IMG/VR virus record: IMGVR_UViG_3300018430_002347
Strand: one strand, 5' to 3'
DNA: 33,835 nucleotides
DNA from: a virus
The notes under the pieces were generated by a model, which was not told where the DNA came from, made no database searches, and was given only the letters and a program-made list of their open reading frames with translations. The position numbers and the translations under genes are program-made. Of the stretch, positions 22,046 through 31,212 are shown one piece after another. Every line of letters starts with the position of its first letter. The first letter of the stretch is position 1.

Positions 22046-24301
22046 TTTTCCCTCCTCTTTTCGTCTCAGATACAGGCGTTTATCGTCCTGATTTTCGAAT
22101 ACTTCAAAAAGCTTTTTGTACTCTTTTCGGGATCGTTTTCCGTTACCGAACCATCGTTTTACCGTGTCTGCAGAGACTCCGATTTCTTCTGCAATATCAA
22201 TTGCGGAAGCGACGCCGTCGTCGTTCTCTAATTCTTCAAAAGCGATTGCCAAATTACTCAGATTGTCCGCTTTTTCCTGTTCTGTTTTCTTAATTCTGGC
22301 ATCCCTCATTTTCTCCCACGATGGCTTCTCAGCTTCCGGATCTATGTCTCTGAGAGCCTCTGAGACGTCCAGTAAATGCACCGGATATCTGAACCACAGA
22401 TTGACCGGTTCGAAGCGTGGAAACTCTCTGAGCGTGCCCTCAATGCGCCACGCGGTCATCTCATTAACTTTCTGCCGTTCAATGCTTATCTGCCTCTCCA
22501 GAGCGTTCCAGTGCCACGTATCGAGCACGTTTTGGCAATACGCTGTCAGCTTGGAGCTGCTTAAAAGATCATCCTCCGACAGGTCATTCTGCCACTGCCA
22601 GTGCGCATCCATATATTCCCTGCACACATGACAGACGCCCTTGTTCTCCTGCTGCTTCATCAGTTCCGGAGTGGTTTCCAGTTCAATAAGGTCCAGCACT
22701 GCATCAGGATCACGTGCAAACACGCCTGATCCGCTGGCGCGGTCTATGGCCTTCTTCTGCCCCTGTGCACCTTTGCTGTGGTGATGACAGTAGATCACAG
22801 CGCAATTAAGCTCCGTGCATACAAGGTCAAACTGGTTGCAGAACTTTGCCATCTGGTCAGCACTGTTCTCATCTCCGGTAATGACCTTGTAGATCGGGTC
22901 TATTACGATTGCTTTGTAATTCTTCTTCTGTGCTCTTCTAATCAGCTTTGGGGCCAATTTATCCATTGGCACTGTCTTCCCTCTGAGGTTCCAGATATCA
23001 ATATTCTGGAGGCCGCAGGGCTGCCAGCCGAGTGCAGTGTAAACATCCTTAAAGCGATGAAGACAGGAAGCCCTGTCAAGCTCCAGGTTGACGTACATCA
23101 CTCTTCCCTGGCTGCAGTCCCATCCAAACCATTTCCGACCCTCAGCAATGGCAATGCACAGCTCGATCAGTGCAAATGATATACCGGCCTTCGAAGGACC
23201 GGAGATCAGCATTTTATGCCCTTCCCTAAGAAGCCCTTTGATCAGTGCCGGCGCCAGTTCAGGCATTTTCTCCCATTCAGACGCAAGATCTTCTACATCC
23301 GGCAGATTATCATTCACAGCCTCGATCCAGTCGCGCCACTCTGCCCAGCTGCCTTTTCCGATATTGGTGTCGACTATGAACTGCCTGTTTTCGCCGCGTG
23401 AGCATCCGGGCATTCTCGACAGCCTTGACGGATTCCGGTTCTGTTTGTCGATCGTCATACCGTTCTTTTCGCAGATCTCGTACAGATAATCCACGCGCTT
23501 CCGATACTCTGTGTAATCAGCTGCATCAATGCGAACGATAGCATGCAGGGATTTGCCGCCGGAATGGACCAGGACGGCAATTGGCAGCTCCAGCTCACGG
23601 AGAATCGCGTTCTGACGTTCGATCTCCATATCATCGGATTCGACAAGGGCATATCGGAATTCCGTCACGTTTTCATTCTTGACGCCTTTACCGTCGAGCG
23701 GGTTAAAGCGGATCCATGCCCCGCCTTCCGCATCATAATCACCCACGACATATCCGATCTCATCACCATGCTTTGTAAGCTCCTCGATGAGTTCTCCGGC
23801 TGTTTTGTTGTAGATTCCTTTATCCTTCGGAATATATTTGCCTTTTTCATTTTTCCAGGACTTTGTGACAAATCCGACCGTCTCACCCGGTTCGAATAGT
23901 GTTTCCAGATACGTGATCAGCTGCTGTGCCGGATGCCATTCCTTCGGCGTATAAACGTCACGTCCTTCGATCCAGTTCTGATCGACAACAATACCGTCTT
24001 CATTGATCTCGCTGTCCCAGTCGAGCTCGTAGCCCTTCTGAGGCTCAAAGCCGCGTTCCACTGCCATCTGGAAAATGGTGCCTCCTGTGACCGGCTGAGC
24101 CGTTCCGCGGAAGGTCTCCCACTTCCTGGCGCATTCTCCCTTATGATATCTTCCGGCATCACGCATGCTCCATGCTTCCCAGTCGGAGGCGGCATAGCCC
24201 TCTTCCTTGAGGGCCATACCGACGTTGCACCATTCCTGGTAATCACAGGAAGACGGATCAATGTATTCAAGTAAAGCCAGAAGATCTGTTCTATATTCCA
24301 T
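22025..24301 (-). CDS. DNA primase-helicase: PriCT-2 + primase-polymerase core + AAA_25/RepA-like ATPase (about 758 aa)
   Basis: Likely start is ATG 24301 with RBS TGGAGAA; the track start is TTG 24313. N-terminal W/C-rich PriCT-2-like segment (YQEWCNVGMALKEEGY...WEAWS). Middle prim-pol-like region (IAVLVHSGGKSLHAIVRID). Walker A ISGPSKAGISFALIEL and Walker B AIVIDPIYK. The final 15 nt overlap the first repeat of the downstream array. Confidence 0.85.
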   Translation of the reverse strand: MEYRTDLLALLEYIDPSSCDYQEWCNVGMALKEEGYAASDWEAWSMRDAGRYHKGECARKWETFRGTAQPVTGGTIFQMAVERGFEPQKGYELDWDSEINEDGIVVDQNWIEGRDVYTPKEWHPAQQLITYLETLFEPGETVGFVTKSWKNEKGKYIPKDKGIYNKTAGELIEELTKHGDEIGYVVGDYDAEGGAWIRFNPLDGKGVKNENVTEFRYALVESDDMEIERQNAILRELELPIAVLVHSGGKSLHAIVRIDAADYTEYRKRVDYLYEICEKNGMTIDKQNRNPSRLSRMPGCSRGENRQFIVDTNIGKGSWAEWRDWIEAVNDNLPDVEDLASEWEKMPELAPALIKGLLREGHKMLISGPSKAGISFALIELCIAIAEGRKWFGWDCSQGRVMYVNLELDRASCLHRFKDVYTALGWQPCGLQNIDIWNLRGKTVPMDKLAPKLIRRAQKKNYKAIVIDPIYKVITGDENSADQMAKFCNQFDLVCTELNCAVIYCHHHSKGAQGQKKAIDRASGSGVFARDPDAVLDLIELETTPELMKQQENKGVCHVCREYMDAHWQWQNDLSEDDLLSSSKLTAYCQNVLDTWHWNALERQISIERQKVNEMTAWRIEGTLREFPRFEPVNLWFRYPVHLLDVSEALRDIDPEAEKPSWEKMRDARIKKTEQEKADNLSNLAIAFEELENDDGVASAIDIAEEIGVSADTVKRWFGNGKRSRKEYKKLFEVFENQDDKRLYLRRKEEGKPVGTHE

Positions 24302-24313
24302 ACCATTCTCCAA

Positions 24314-25936
24314 TTACCATGATGCGCCTTCGTTTTCTATGACTGGCGGCACATAACTGTGAGGATCGATCCCCCTGGGAGTTCGCCACCCATTGCCGGC
24401 GATCCGGTCGATCAACCGTCGAGCCTGTTCGAAGGACCATGAGCCCACGTTTTCAAATCCTCTGTTTTCCAACTGACGGATTTGCCTTGGTGTTGCCATG
24501 CTCTGCATCTGTCTTTCCGTGATCTTATCGATCAGCAGTTGTGCCTTACCGGAACTCTCAACGCCCTCCGGGTTGATCTGCAGCCTTTCCAACGTATTTT
24601 TCTGTATTTCTGTAGGCGGCTGCATCGCAAGCCCGAACGGAGGAACATAATTTACGAGATCCATATCCTGAATGGACATTTCATATTGCAGTGGATCCAC
24701 CAGCCGGCTCTTCTTTCTTTTCTGCTCTGCCAACAGTTTTGCAAGTGCTTCCTCGCGCTGCACCTGAACGTCTGAAGCAGCAACCTCCTCTGCACTCTCG
24801 ATATCAACAGCCTCGCCGGCATTCTTTGCAAGATTCTCCGTCATCTTCGCAGCTATTTCCGGATCCTCACATATCAGTGAAGCCGGATGGCACAATTCAT
24901 GACGTTCCGTAAGCCACAGGAAATCCAGAAGAAGCAGATGGTCCTTGCCGGGAAACAGCCTCGTCCCGCGCCCCACCATCTGGCTGTAGAGGCTGCGGAC
25001 CTTTGTCGGCCTAAGAACGATAATGCAATCGACCGACGGACAGTCCCAACCTTCCGTCAGGAGCATACTGTTGCATAGTACGTTGTACCTGCCTTTGTCA
25101 AAGTCCTGAAGAATCTCTTTGCGGTCCTCGCTGTTGCCGTTTACTTCTGCTGCTTCAAATCCGTGTTCGATAAGAATGTCCCGAAATTTCTGTGATGTTG
25201 CGATCAACGGCAGGAATACAACGGTTTTCTTGTTCCTGCAGTATTTCTCCATTTCTGTGGCAATCTGTTCCAGATACGGATCGAGTGCTGATCCGATCTC
25301 GCCGACCTTGAAATCACCGGCGGACACACCGACCTCGGAGATATCGATCTTCAACGGAATCGTTAACGCTTTTATTGGGGAAAGGTATCCTTCTTTTATT
25401 GCCTTCGGCAGCGTGTATTCGTATGCGATCTGTTCGAAGTACGTTCCGAGATCTTTCATATCTCCGCGGTCAGGTGTTGCAGTGACTCCGAGTACCTTTG
25501 CCTTCGGAAAATGCTGCAGCACCTTCTGATAGCTGTCGGAAACGCTGTGGTGTGCCTCGTCGATGATAATGGTGGAGAAATAATCAGCCGGAAACTGTTT
25601 CAGCCGGCTTTCCCTCATAAGTGTCTGCACGGATCCCACAACGACACGGAACCAGGATCCGAAGCAGGATGATTCTGCCTTCTCCACCGCACTTCCTAGA
25701 CCGGTACTCTTCTGCAGCTTGTCAGCTGCCTGATCAAGAAGCTCTCCGCGGTGTGCCAGGATGAGCACGCGGCTCCCCTGGCGGACACGGTCATTCGTGA
25801 CAGCTGCAAAGACGATCGTCTTGCCCGTCCCTGTCGGAAGCACAAGAAGCAGCTTATCCGTTCCGGCATCCCATTTGGAAAGGATCGCGTCATGTGCCTC
25901 CTGCTGGTACGGCCGCAGTGTCATCAGATTGCCCAT
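24314..25936 (-). CDS. SF2 DEAD/DEAH-box DNA helicase (540 aa)
   Basis: Motif I LPTGTGKT, motif II IIIDEAHH, motif III GVTATP, motif VI QMVGRGTR. Confidence 0.85.
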   Translation of the reverse strand: MGNLMTLRPYQQEAHDAILSKWDAGTDKLLLVLPTGTGKTIVFAAVTNDRVRQGSRVLILAHRGELLDQAADKLQKSTGLGSAVEKAESSCFGSWFRVVVGSVQTLMRESRLKQFPADYFSTIIIDEAHHSVSDSYQKVLQHFPKAKVLGVTATPDRGDMKDLGTYFEQIAYEYTLPKAIKEGYLSPIKALTIPLKIDISEVGVSAGDFKVGEIGSALDPYLEQIATEMEKYCRNKKTVVFLPLIATSQKFRDILIEHGFEAAEVNGNSEDRKEILQDFDKGRYNVLCNSMLLTEGWDCPSVDCIIVLRPTKVRSLYSQMVGRGTRLFPGKDHLLLLDFLWLTERHELCHPASLICEDPEIAAKMTENLAKNAGEAVDIESAEEVAASDVQVQREEALAKLLAEQKRKKSRLVDPLQYEMSIQDMDLVNYVPPFGLAMQPPTEIQKNTLERLQINPEGVESSGKAQLLIDKITERQMQSMATPRQIRQLENRGFENVGSWSFEQARRLIDRIAGNGWRTPRGIDPHSYVPPVIENEGASW

Positions 25937-26385
25937 TTATTTGCCCCGCTGTCCCTCTTCTCATCCGGCGCATAGAACGTCTGAATGTTGTTGAACTTCT
26001 GTTCCGGATTCTTTTTGCTTGCATTCTGAACGACCTTGCAGCGTCCGCGTGTTCCAGGGAGCTTGCTCCAGTAATTCCCGCTGATCGGTTCTCCTTTCTT
26101 CTTAAGTCCCACACAGACCAGAAGTCCGCCGATCTTCCATGCGAAATTCGAATGGAGGATAAAGTTCTCACGCACAGACACCTCTTCGCCGTTTCCAGCC
26201 TGTACATTCATGTAGACCGTTGCCATTTTGGCGCCCGCATATTTCTCTGAGTTGTCACCGACATAAGTCTTATCGACGTGGTCGACAATAAAGTCATAAT
26301 CGCCTTCCGGAAGGACCTGATACTGCTGTTCGTCCTGATCGATCGTGCTGTCCCAATCCAATTCGTAACCGCTGTTAACTGCCAT
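25924..26385 (-). CDS. DUF669 protein (Sak4-associated, SSB-like accessory; 153 aa)
   Basis: RBS ACAGGAGGATATAAA. Position immediately downstream of the AAA_24 gene is the conserved DUF669 context. N-terminus MAVNSGYELDWDS. Confidence 0.65.
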   Translation of the reverse strand: MAVNSGYELDWDSTIDQDEQQYQVLPEGDYDFIVDHVDKTYVGDNSEKYAGAKMATVYMNVQAGNGEEVSVRENFILHSNFAWKIGGLLVCVGLKKKGEPISGNYWSKLPGTRGRCKVVQNASKKNPEQKFNNIQTFYAPDEKRDSGANKWAI

Positions 26386-26401
26386 CTTTTATATCCTCCT
26401 G

Positions 26402-27538
26402 TTAATTAAATGGAATTTCCTGTTTCTTTCTCATGTCGCGGATCTGATCCCGTACCTTAGTCCACTGAGCCACGAACAGCCCTTCAATGATTCCCGGATT
26501 GACCTCTTCGAAATCCCAGATCTTAGTGTCGAACGGAACGAATCCTTTCCCGCTTGCGAACCCTTCGATATCCCACTCACCGATATTGTCAAGGAGCATC
26601 AGGTCTCTCAATGCTTTCGGGATTCTCTTATCAAGGGTTTCATTTGTGACCACCTCTTCTGTACGGGCCTCCTTTTCCTCTACAGGCTCAGCTGCTCTAT
26701 CAGGTTCCGGAGCCTCTTTCTGCTTTTCCTTAGTCGGCTCAGCGCTTTTGGGCGTGATCTCAGGCTCTTCTTTAGGCGCCGGCGGGACAGGCTTTTCATT
26801 CCGCTGCACCGCTTTGCTCTCGATCACATCTCGGATCGAATCGTATGAAAATGGCAGTTCGTCCCGAAGACCATACCGATTTTTCGCGTCCCAGCAACTG
26901 TGATGCGACGTGTACATTACCCTCTGACCGCCCTGAGCCTTCGTCTTCTTTGTCTTGCTGTCGGTGATCACAATTGTCTTATAATTCGCGAACAGGACCA
27001 TATCAGACCATTCTTTTACAGCGGCACTGATGGACGTCTTCGGAGAATCGATCAGCTTCATACTGTAACGGTCATAAGCGCCCATCTCATCCGGCTGTTC
27101 GAACTTACGGAGCGTTGCATGAGCGGTCATGACCACGTTGATCCCTTTTGTCACCACCTCATTCAACAGGTTCAGGAGTTCTCCGAATTTCTCATAGACA
27201 TACCGGTAACCATTCCCGTATCCGAAATCTTCGATACCTCCTTTGTTGTGTTCATCAAGCACCGACTGAATGGCCATCTTCTCCGCCCAGTCTGCCGTAT
27301 CGATAACCAACGTCCTGCAGCAATCAGGATGAAGCATCACGTACCGGACCTCTTCCTTCAGAATCGTCCATGACGATGGTTCGGGGAGCCTTGCTACATC
27401 AAGTTCTTTCGTGGATCCCTCCGTGTCGATAAACAGCGGATCTGGAAACATCGAAGCAAACGTGGTCTTGCCGATCCCTTCCGGGCCATAAATAACGACC
27501 TTCTTTGCTCCATTGATCCTTCCTCTCGTTATTTCCAT
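26402..27538 (-). CDS. Sak4-like RecA-fold ATPase (AAA_24 family, 378 aa)
   Basis: RBS ATAAGGAGGAAAAAG. Walker A VVIYGPEGIGKTTFA with the AAA_24-type N-terminus. Pro/Glu-rich linker and C-terminal domain. Confidence 0.75.
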   Translation of the reverse strand: MEITRGRINGAKKVVIYGPEGIGKTTFASMFPDPLFIDTEGSTKELDVARLPEPSSWTILKEEVRYVMLHPDCCRTLVIDTADWAEKMAIQSVLDEHNKGGIEDFGYGNGYRYVYEKFGELLNLLNEVVTKGINVVMTAHATLRKFEQPDEMGAYDRYSMKLIDSPKTSISAAVKEWSDMVLFANYKTIVITDSKTKKTKAQGGQRVMYTSHHSCWDAKNRYGLRDELPFSYDSIRDVIESKAVQRNEKPVPPAPKEEPEITPKSAEPTKEKQKEAPEPDRAAEPVEEKEARTEEVVTNETLDKRIPKALRDLMLLDNIGEWDIEGFASGKGFVPFDTKIWDFEEVNPGIIEGLFVAQWTKVRDQIRDMRKKQEIPFN

Positions 27539-27550
27539 ACTTTTTCCTCC

Positions 27551-28855
27551 TTATAATTCGACCTTGCTCCAGTCAGTCACAGCCGGCTTCTGCGCCTGTT
27601 CAGCGTATCCATCCTGAATAATGATGCTGCATTCATCTCCGGTACTGACTCTGGTCGCTATAGCCTGCAGACCTTCCTTCTCAAGCCATGATCCGAATTC
27701 TTTCAGCGTATCCAGATCCATCTGCTCAAGCTTGTCCATAAGCACGAATCCGCATTCCGGGTTCAGTTTTCGGACGATAGCTGTAGCGACCATGAGCTGC
27801 TGGGAACTCGACATGCAGTCCCATTTCTGTTCTTTATAGATGAGTTCACCGTCCTTTACGGAAAGATCCGGCAGAGGCAGATCCGCAGACTGCAGGAGCT
27901 GTAATTTTTCACTCCGAACATTCTCTATGTCTTCCGTTAACCTTGAATACTGATTCCGATAAACCTTTGCGTCATCTTCTGCTTTTGCTTTGTCGAGATT
28001 CGCGCGGACTTTCCGGTTGATCTCATCGATATTTGCGATGGAAGCCTCAAGTTCCGCTGTTGACTCATCCTGCAGCTGAGAGGCATCGGCAAGTGCAAGT
28101 TCTTCGTCATGCGCAGCTTCTTCATAAGCAGCTTTTCTGTCAGCGAGACGGTTCTGAAGATCTTCGATCTGTTTTTCCAGCCTTTGCGCTTCATCAAATA
28201 TCCGGTGCTTTTCGAAAGTAATCTCTTTAAGGCGGTCCCTTTTTCGCTGGTTCTCGCCATTTTTCACCAGAATGTCCTGCTGCTGTTTGATCAGATCGGA
28301 TGGCGAGACCGGCTCGTCCGGGACATCGGGATAATACGGCTGTTCTTTGGCGAACTTTTCTTTCTGATCCGCGGTTCTTCCGATATAGAGCCGTTCCTGG
28401 TAAAGCTCCTTCTCCCGTTTATCCAGTTCTGCCAGCTTGTCACCGACGCCTATGATCTGCAGAAGCGTATCTGCTTTTTCTTTGCCGGAGGCCTCCATAA
28501 ACTTCGGGAGATTCAGTGCCAGCTTCTCCACAAAAGTATCGAGGAGCTGCTGTCCCGCTTTCTGTCCGCTCGGATCCGTAACCTTAAGGTCGCTGTTTTT
28601 GCCTTTCCGCTCCACTACAAGGCCGTTGCTCATCGTGACTTTCAGTGTCGGTGGAATAACGGAATCCTTATTCTGCGGTTCTGAAGGCCGGAAGCGCTCA
28701 CCTCCAAGTGCCCAGGCGATTGAATCAAGAACCGACGTTTTCCCCTGATTATTATTGCCGCCGATGATCGTCAGCCCGTTTCTGGTCGGTTCGAGCTTAA
28801 CGGCATGGATCCGTTTCACATTCTCGATTTCTAACCGGTTGATCTTCATGCTCAT
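27551..28855 (-). CDS. SMC/SbcC/RecF-like AAA ATPase with coiled coil (434 aa)
   Basis: N-terminal Walker A GGNNNQGKTSVLDSIAWALGG. About 200 aa of predicted coiled coil. C-terminal signature/Walker B region QQLMVATAIV...GFVLMDKLEQMD. Confidence 0.7.
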   Translation of the reverse strand: MSMKINRLEIENVKRIHAVKLEPTRNGLTIIGGNNNQGKTSVLDSIAWALGGERFRPSEPQNKDSVIPPTLKVTMSNGLVVERKGKNSDLKVTDPSGQKAGQQLLDTFVEKLALNLPKFMEASGKEKADTLLQIIGVGDKLAELDKREKELYQERLYIGRTADQKEKFAKEQPYYPDVPDEPVSPSDLIKQQQDILVKNGENQRKRDRLKEITFEKHRIFDEAQRLEKQIEDLQNRLADRKAAYEEAAHDEELALADASQLQDESTAELEASIANIDEINRKVRANLDKAKAEDDAKVYRNQYSRLTEDIENVRSEKLQLLQSADLPLPDLSVKDGELIYKEQKWDCMSSSQQLMVATAIVRKLNPECGFVLMDKLEQMDLDTLKEFGSWLEKEGLQAIATRVSTGDECSIIIQDGYAEQAQKPAVTDWSKVEL

Positions 28856-28945
28856 TTATTCTTGATTTTCCTTTCTTTTGACTTTGCTCCTCATGCCTGC
28901 TAAAATAGGCGTGAGGAATCCATACGAAACCTTATTTTTTGAATG

Positions 28946-29176
28946 TCAGATGTTGCCGCATCTGGCGTTCTCTTTTTTGGGGCGTCTCCTGCTCTCCCTC
29001 CTTTTCCGCAATACTTCGTCATACGCAGTCATGAACACCCATATGATCTGTGCTACCAAGTAACCACCTCCGATTTGGCAGAAGGTGTCTCTCCACACGA
29101 TAGACTGTGCTGCCAGGATCCCGATCAGGACCGAGATCGCTGCATTCTTAAAGTTCTCCCTTATTGAACCCCTCAT
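28946..29176 (-). CDS. Small membrane protein (76 aa) with basic C-terminus
   Basis: RBS GAAAGGGGAGAA. One predicted TM helix AAISVLIGILAAQSIVW. C-terminal RKRRESRRRPKK. Confidence 0.5.
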   Translation of the reverse strand: MRGSIRENFKNAAISVLIGILAAQSIVWRDTFCQIGGGYLVAQIIWVFMTAYDEVLRKRRESRRRPKKENARCGNI

Positions 29177-29188
29177 TTTTCTCCCCTT

Positions 29189-29569
29189 TCAGATTGCCTG
29201 CCTCACGAACTTAACCTTCCGTCCCCTTTTAAGCAGTTCATAATTCGCAACTACGAACTCAAAAACATCATTTCTTACCCGTACATGACCGCCATATGAA
29301 ATGATCGAGTCTGCGGGAAACAGGTCTGCATTACTGCGAATCATGTCAATCCGTCTTTTTATCGTAGATACGCTGACTGAGTAGTCTGCTGCCAGATCCG
29401 CCGCTGACGAATAACGGCCTTTCTTTACCGGCTGTTCCGGCTCCGGACTCTTCAGCCCGGATGACAGAAGAAATACATCTGCCATTCGATTGAATGCCTT
29501 AGCCGTGGACTTTAATGCGTTGGCTATCATTTCAGCCTCTTTCGGATCCATGACTCTTGCTTCTGCCAT
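29189..29569 (-). CDS. Phage HTH DNA-binding protein (126 aa; start revised)
   Basis: Internal ATG 29569 with RBS GAAAGGAGGAAAGAAC. Putative HTH SAADLAADYSVSVSTIKRRI. Confidence 0.5.
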   Translation of the reverse strand: MAEARVMDPKEAEMIANALKSTAKAFNRMADVFLLSSGLKSPEPEQPVKKGRYSSAADLAADYSVSVSTIKRRIDMIRSNADLFPADSIISYGGHVRVRNDVFEFVVANYELLKRGRKVKFVRQAI

Positions 29570-29583
29570 GTTCTTTCCTCCTT

Positions 29584-29835
29584 TCAGATTTCTTTGTTCT
29601 CGATCTCCCGGATAATCTCCGAGTATTCGCACACGTTTGCTCTCCGGCGCCGGCGTTCCATCTTGATGGATTCCATTGCCCTTGCAAGATCCTCTTCTTC
29701 GCCAGGAGTCTCTGCCTCATAGAGTTTCTTCTCGAAGGCGTTCTCCTTGGCCTGCAGCGTATCCGCTGCTTTCTGTTCTTCGTAGGCCTTCTCCTTGACG
29801 AGATCAAGGATCATGCACCACTGCCGCAGTTTCAT
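29584..29835 (-). CDS. Coiled-coil hypothetical protein (83 aa)
   Basis: RBS GAAAGGAGAAAGAGT before ATG 29835. K/E-rich helical sequence. First gene downstream of cro. Confidence 0.45.
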   Translation of the reverse strand: MKLRQWCMILDLVKEKAYEEQKAADTLQAKENAFEKKLYEAETPGEEEDLARAMESIKMERRRRRANVCEYSEIIREIENKEI

Positions 29836-29864
29836 ACTCTTTCTCCTTTCGTTCAGATTGTTTT

Positions 29865-29959
29865 AATTCAGATATGTCAATATCTGAATTACTCTGCTAT
29901 CATCTGGATGATAGCGGCGCTTCGTATACTATCATTGCCCGTTTTCACTATTAGTGAAA
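29865..29959. promoter_or_regulatory. Three perfect palindromes at and beyond the cro 3' end (candidate operator/regulatory sites)
   Basis: AATTCAGATATgtcaATATCTGAATT (29865..29890). GCTATCATCtgGATGATAGC (29896..29915). TTTCACTAtTAGTGAAA (29943..29959), which shares the TTTCAC/GTGAAA half-site with the cI-cro intergenic operators. Confidence 0.35.
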
Positions 29960-30159
29960 TCCGATGGCAAAAAAATATTGTCTATCGGGATATCGTAAAG
30001 AGATGCCAACATCGTTAATGCTGGTGTATCAGGCATCGTTTTTCCGTTTTCCCAATTGACAATAGTATTTTTGCTTTTATTAATGGTTTTTGCCACGTCT
30101 TCCTGAGTCATTTTAGCATTAACTCGAGCAGCCGCTAATGAAATCTTCAACTCCTTCAT
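29932..30159 (-). CDS. Cro-like XRE-family HTH regulator (75 aa)
   Basis: HTH_XRE motif MTQEDVAKTINKSKNTIVNWENGK. Divergent from the cI-like gene. RBS AAAGGAGGAACACGAA. Confidence 0.8.
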   Translation of the reverse strand: MKELKISLAAARVNAKMTQEDVAKTINKSKNTIVNWENGKTMPDTPALTMLASLYDIPIDNIFLPSDFTNSENGQ

Positions 30160-30292
30160 TTCGTGTTCCTCCTTTCTGAGGCTTATTGTATTTCACTTTA
30201 AGTTAATTGTCAATATCAAAAGTGAAATAATTTTACTTTCAGTTGACTTTAAGTAAATTCTTACTATAATAATAGAAAAGGAGAGAAAAGCC
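30160..30292. promoter_or_regulatory. Lysis-lysogeny switch region with divergent sigma-A promoters and operator repeats
   Basis: Rightward P(cI): TTGACT (30243..30248), 16 nt spacer, TATAAT (30265..30270), then RBS AAAGGAGAG. Leftward P(cro): TTGACA (complement of 30209..30214), 18 nt spacer, TACAAT (complement of 30185..30190). Inverted half-sites ATTTCACTTT (30190..30199) and AAAGTGAAAT (30218..30227). Three direct repeats T(C/T)ACTTT(A/C)AGT at 30193, 30233 and 30246. Confidence 0.6.
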
Positions 30293-30706
30293 ATGCCAGA
30301 AACAGAACTTTCATTAACATTTGGAAGAAATATCGAAAAAATGCTTGCAAAATATAATATGACTCAGCAGGACCTTATAGCCGCCTTGAAATCACACGGA
30401 ATAAACGTTGGAGCTGCTTCTGTGAGTTACTGGTGTAACGGGAAAAAGATTCCAAGGCCTGACAAAATTGATGTGCTTTGTTCTATTTTTAATTGCAAAC
30501 GAAGAGATCTTCTTGAAGAACCTCCAGAAGACTATTATCAGGACGAAAATACTGCTGCTCTCGCCCAGGAAATGTTCGACGACCCTGATATGAAGATTTT
30601 ATATGATATGAAGCGCAACATGGATCCGGACCGCTTCCGGGCACACATGGATTTTATGAAAGAGCTTTACAGGCAGGAGCACCCCGACTATGACGAAGGC
30701 TGTTGA
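30293..30706 (+). CDS. cI-like XRE-family repressor (137 aa)
   Basis: N-terminal HTH_XRE NMTQQDLIAALKSHGINVGAASVSYWCNGKKIPRPDKI. Acidic C-terminal domain. Co-transcribed with an ImmA-type protease gene that overlaps it by 17 nt. Confidence 0.8.
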   Translation: MPETELSLTFGRNIEKMLAKYNMTQQDLIAALKSHGINVGAASVSYWCNGKKIPRPDKIDVLCSIFNCKRRDLLEEPPEDYYQDENTAALAQEMFDDPDMKILYDMKRNMDPDRFRAHMDFMKELYRQEHPDYDEGC

Positions 30707-31196
30707 GCATTATTACGACGAAGTTATCGGAGATACCGTCACTGTTGTTTTCATGGATATGGCAGTCGGTGTAAAAGGCGAAACTATCCATGCTCTTCCA
30801 GAAGACCGATACATCATTTATATTAATCTTCTGTATGACGCAGAAACGCAGCGGAGTACTTTCTATCATGAGCGGGACCATATCCGCAACAAAGACTTCG
30901 AAAAAGATAACGTACAGGTTATAGAGGCTGAAGCCCATAACATAGAGGCTGTCGAACCAACTTTCGATCCCGAGAAGTTCTTCGAGGAAGAACGCATGCA
31001 GAAGTCGTATGAGCGCATTGGGAAGATGCTAAAAGCTGAGCGTCGGAAAGCTGAGAAAGAAAAGAAAAAGCGTGACAAGCGCAATGAGCTGCTTGCAAAG
31101 ATTGGGCTGGCAGAGGATTGGCACGCGCCAGGAGCGGACTACGGAGATTATACTCTCGTTTATAGGGCCAGGAAGAAAAGCCGTTGGGAAGACTAA
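30690..31196 (+). CDS. ImmA/IrrE-family HExxH metallopeptidase (168 aa)
   Basis: Motif FYHERDHIRN (HExxH). Located immediately downstream of, and overlapping, the XRE repressor gene, the canonical ImmR/ImmA arrangement. K/E-rich C-terminal tail. Confidence 0.75.
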   Translation: MTKAVEHYYDEVIGDTVTVVFMDMAVGVKGETIHALPEDRYIIYINLLYDAETQRSTFYHERDHIRNKDFEKDNVQVIEAEAHNIEAVEPTFDPEKFFEEERMQKSYERIGKMLKAERRKAEKEKKKRDKRNELLAKIGLAEDWHAPGADYGDYTLVYRARKKSRWED

Positions 31197-31212
31197 GGAA
31201 AGGAGACTAAGT

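Noticed and set aside
22031-22631. Plus-strand ORFs (66 aa and 171 aa) at the primase 3' end
   Set aside because: Antisense to the primase-helicase gene and without RBS. The upstream portion overlaps the repeat array, whose repeats create the open frame by chance.
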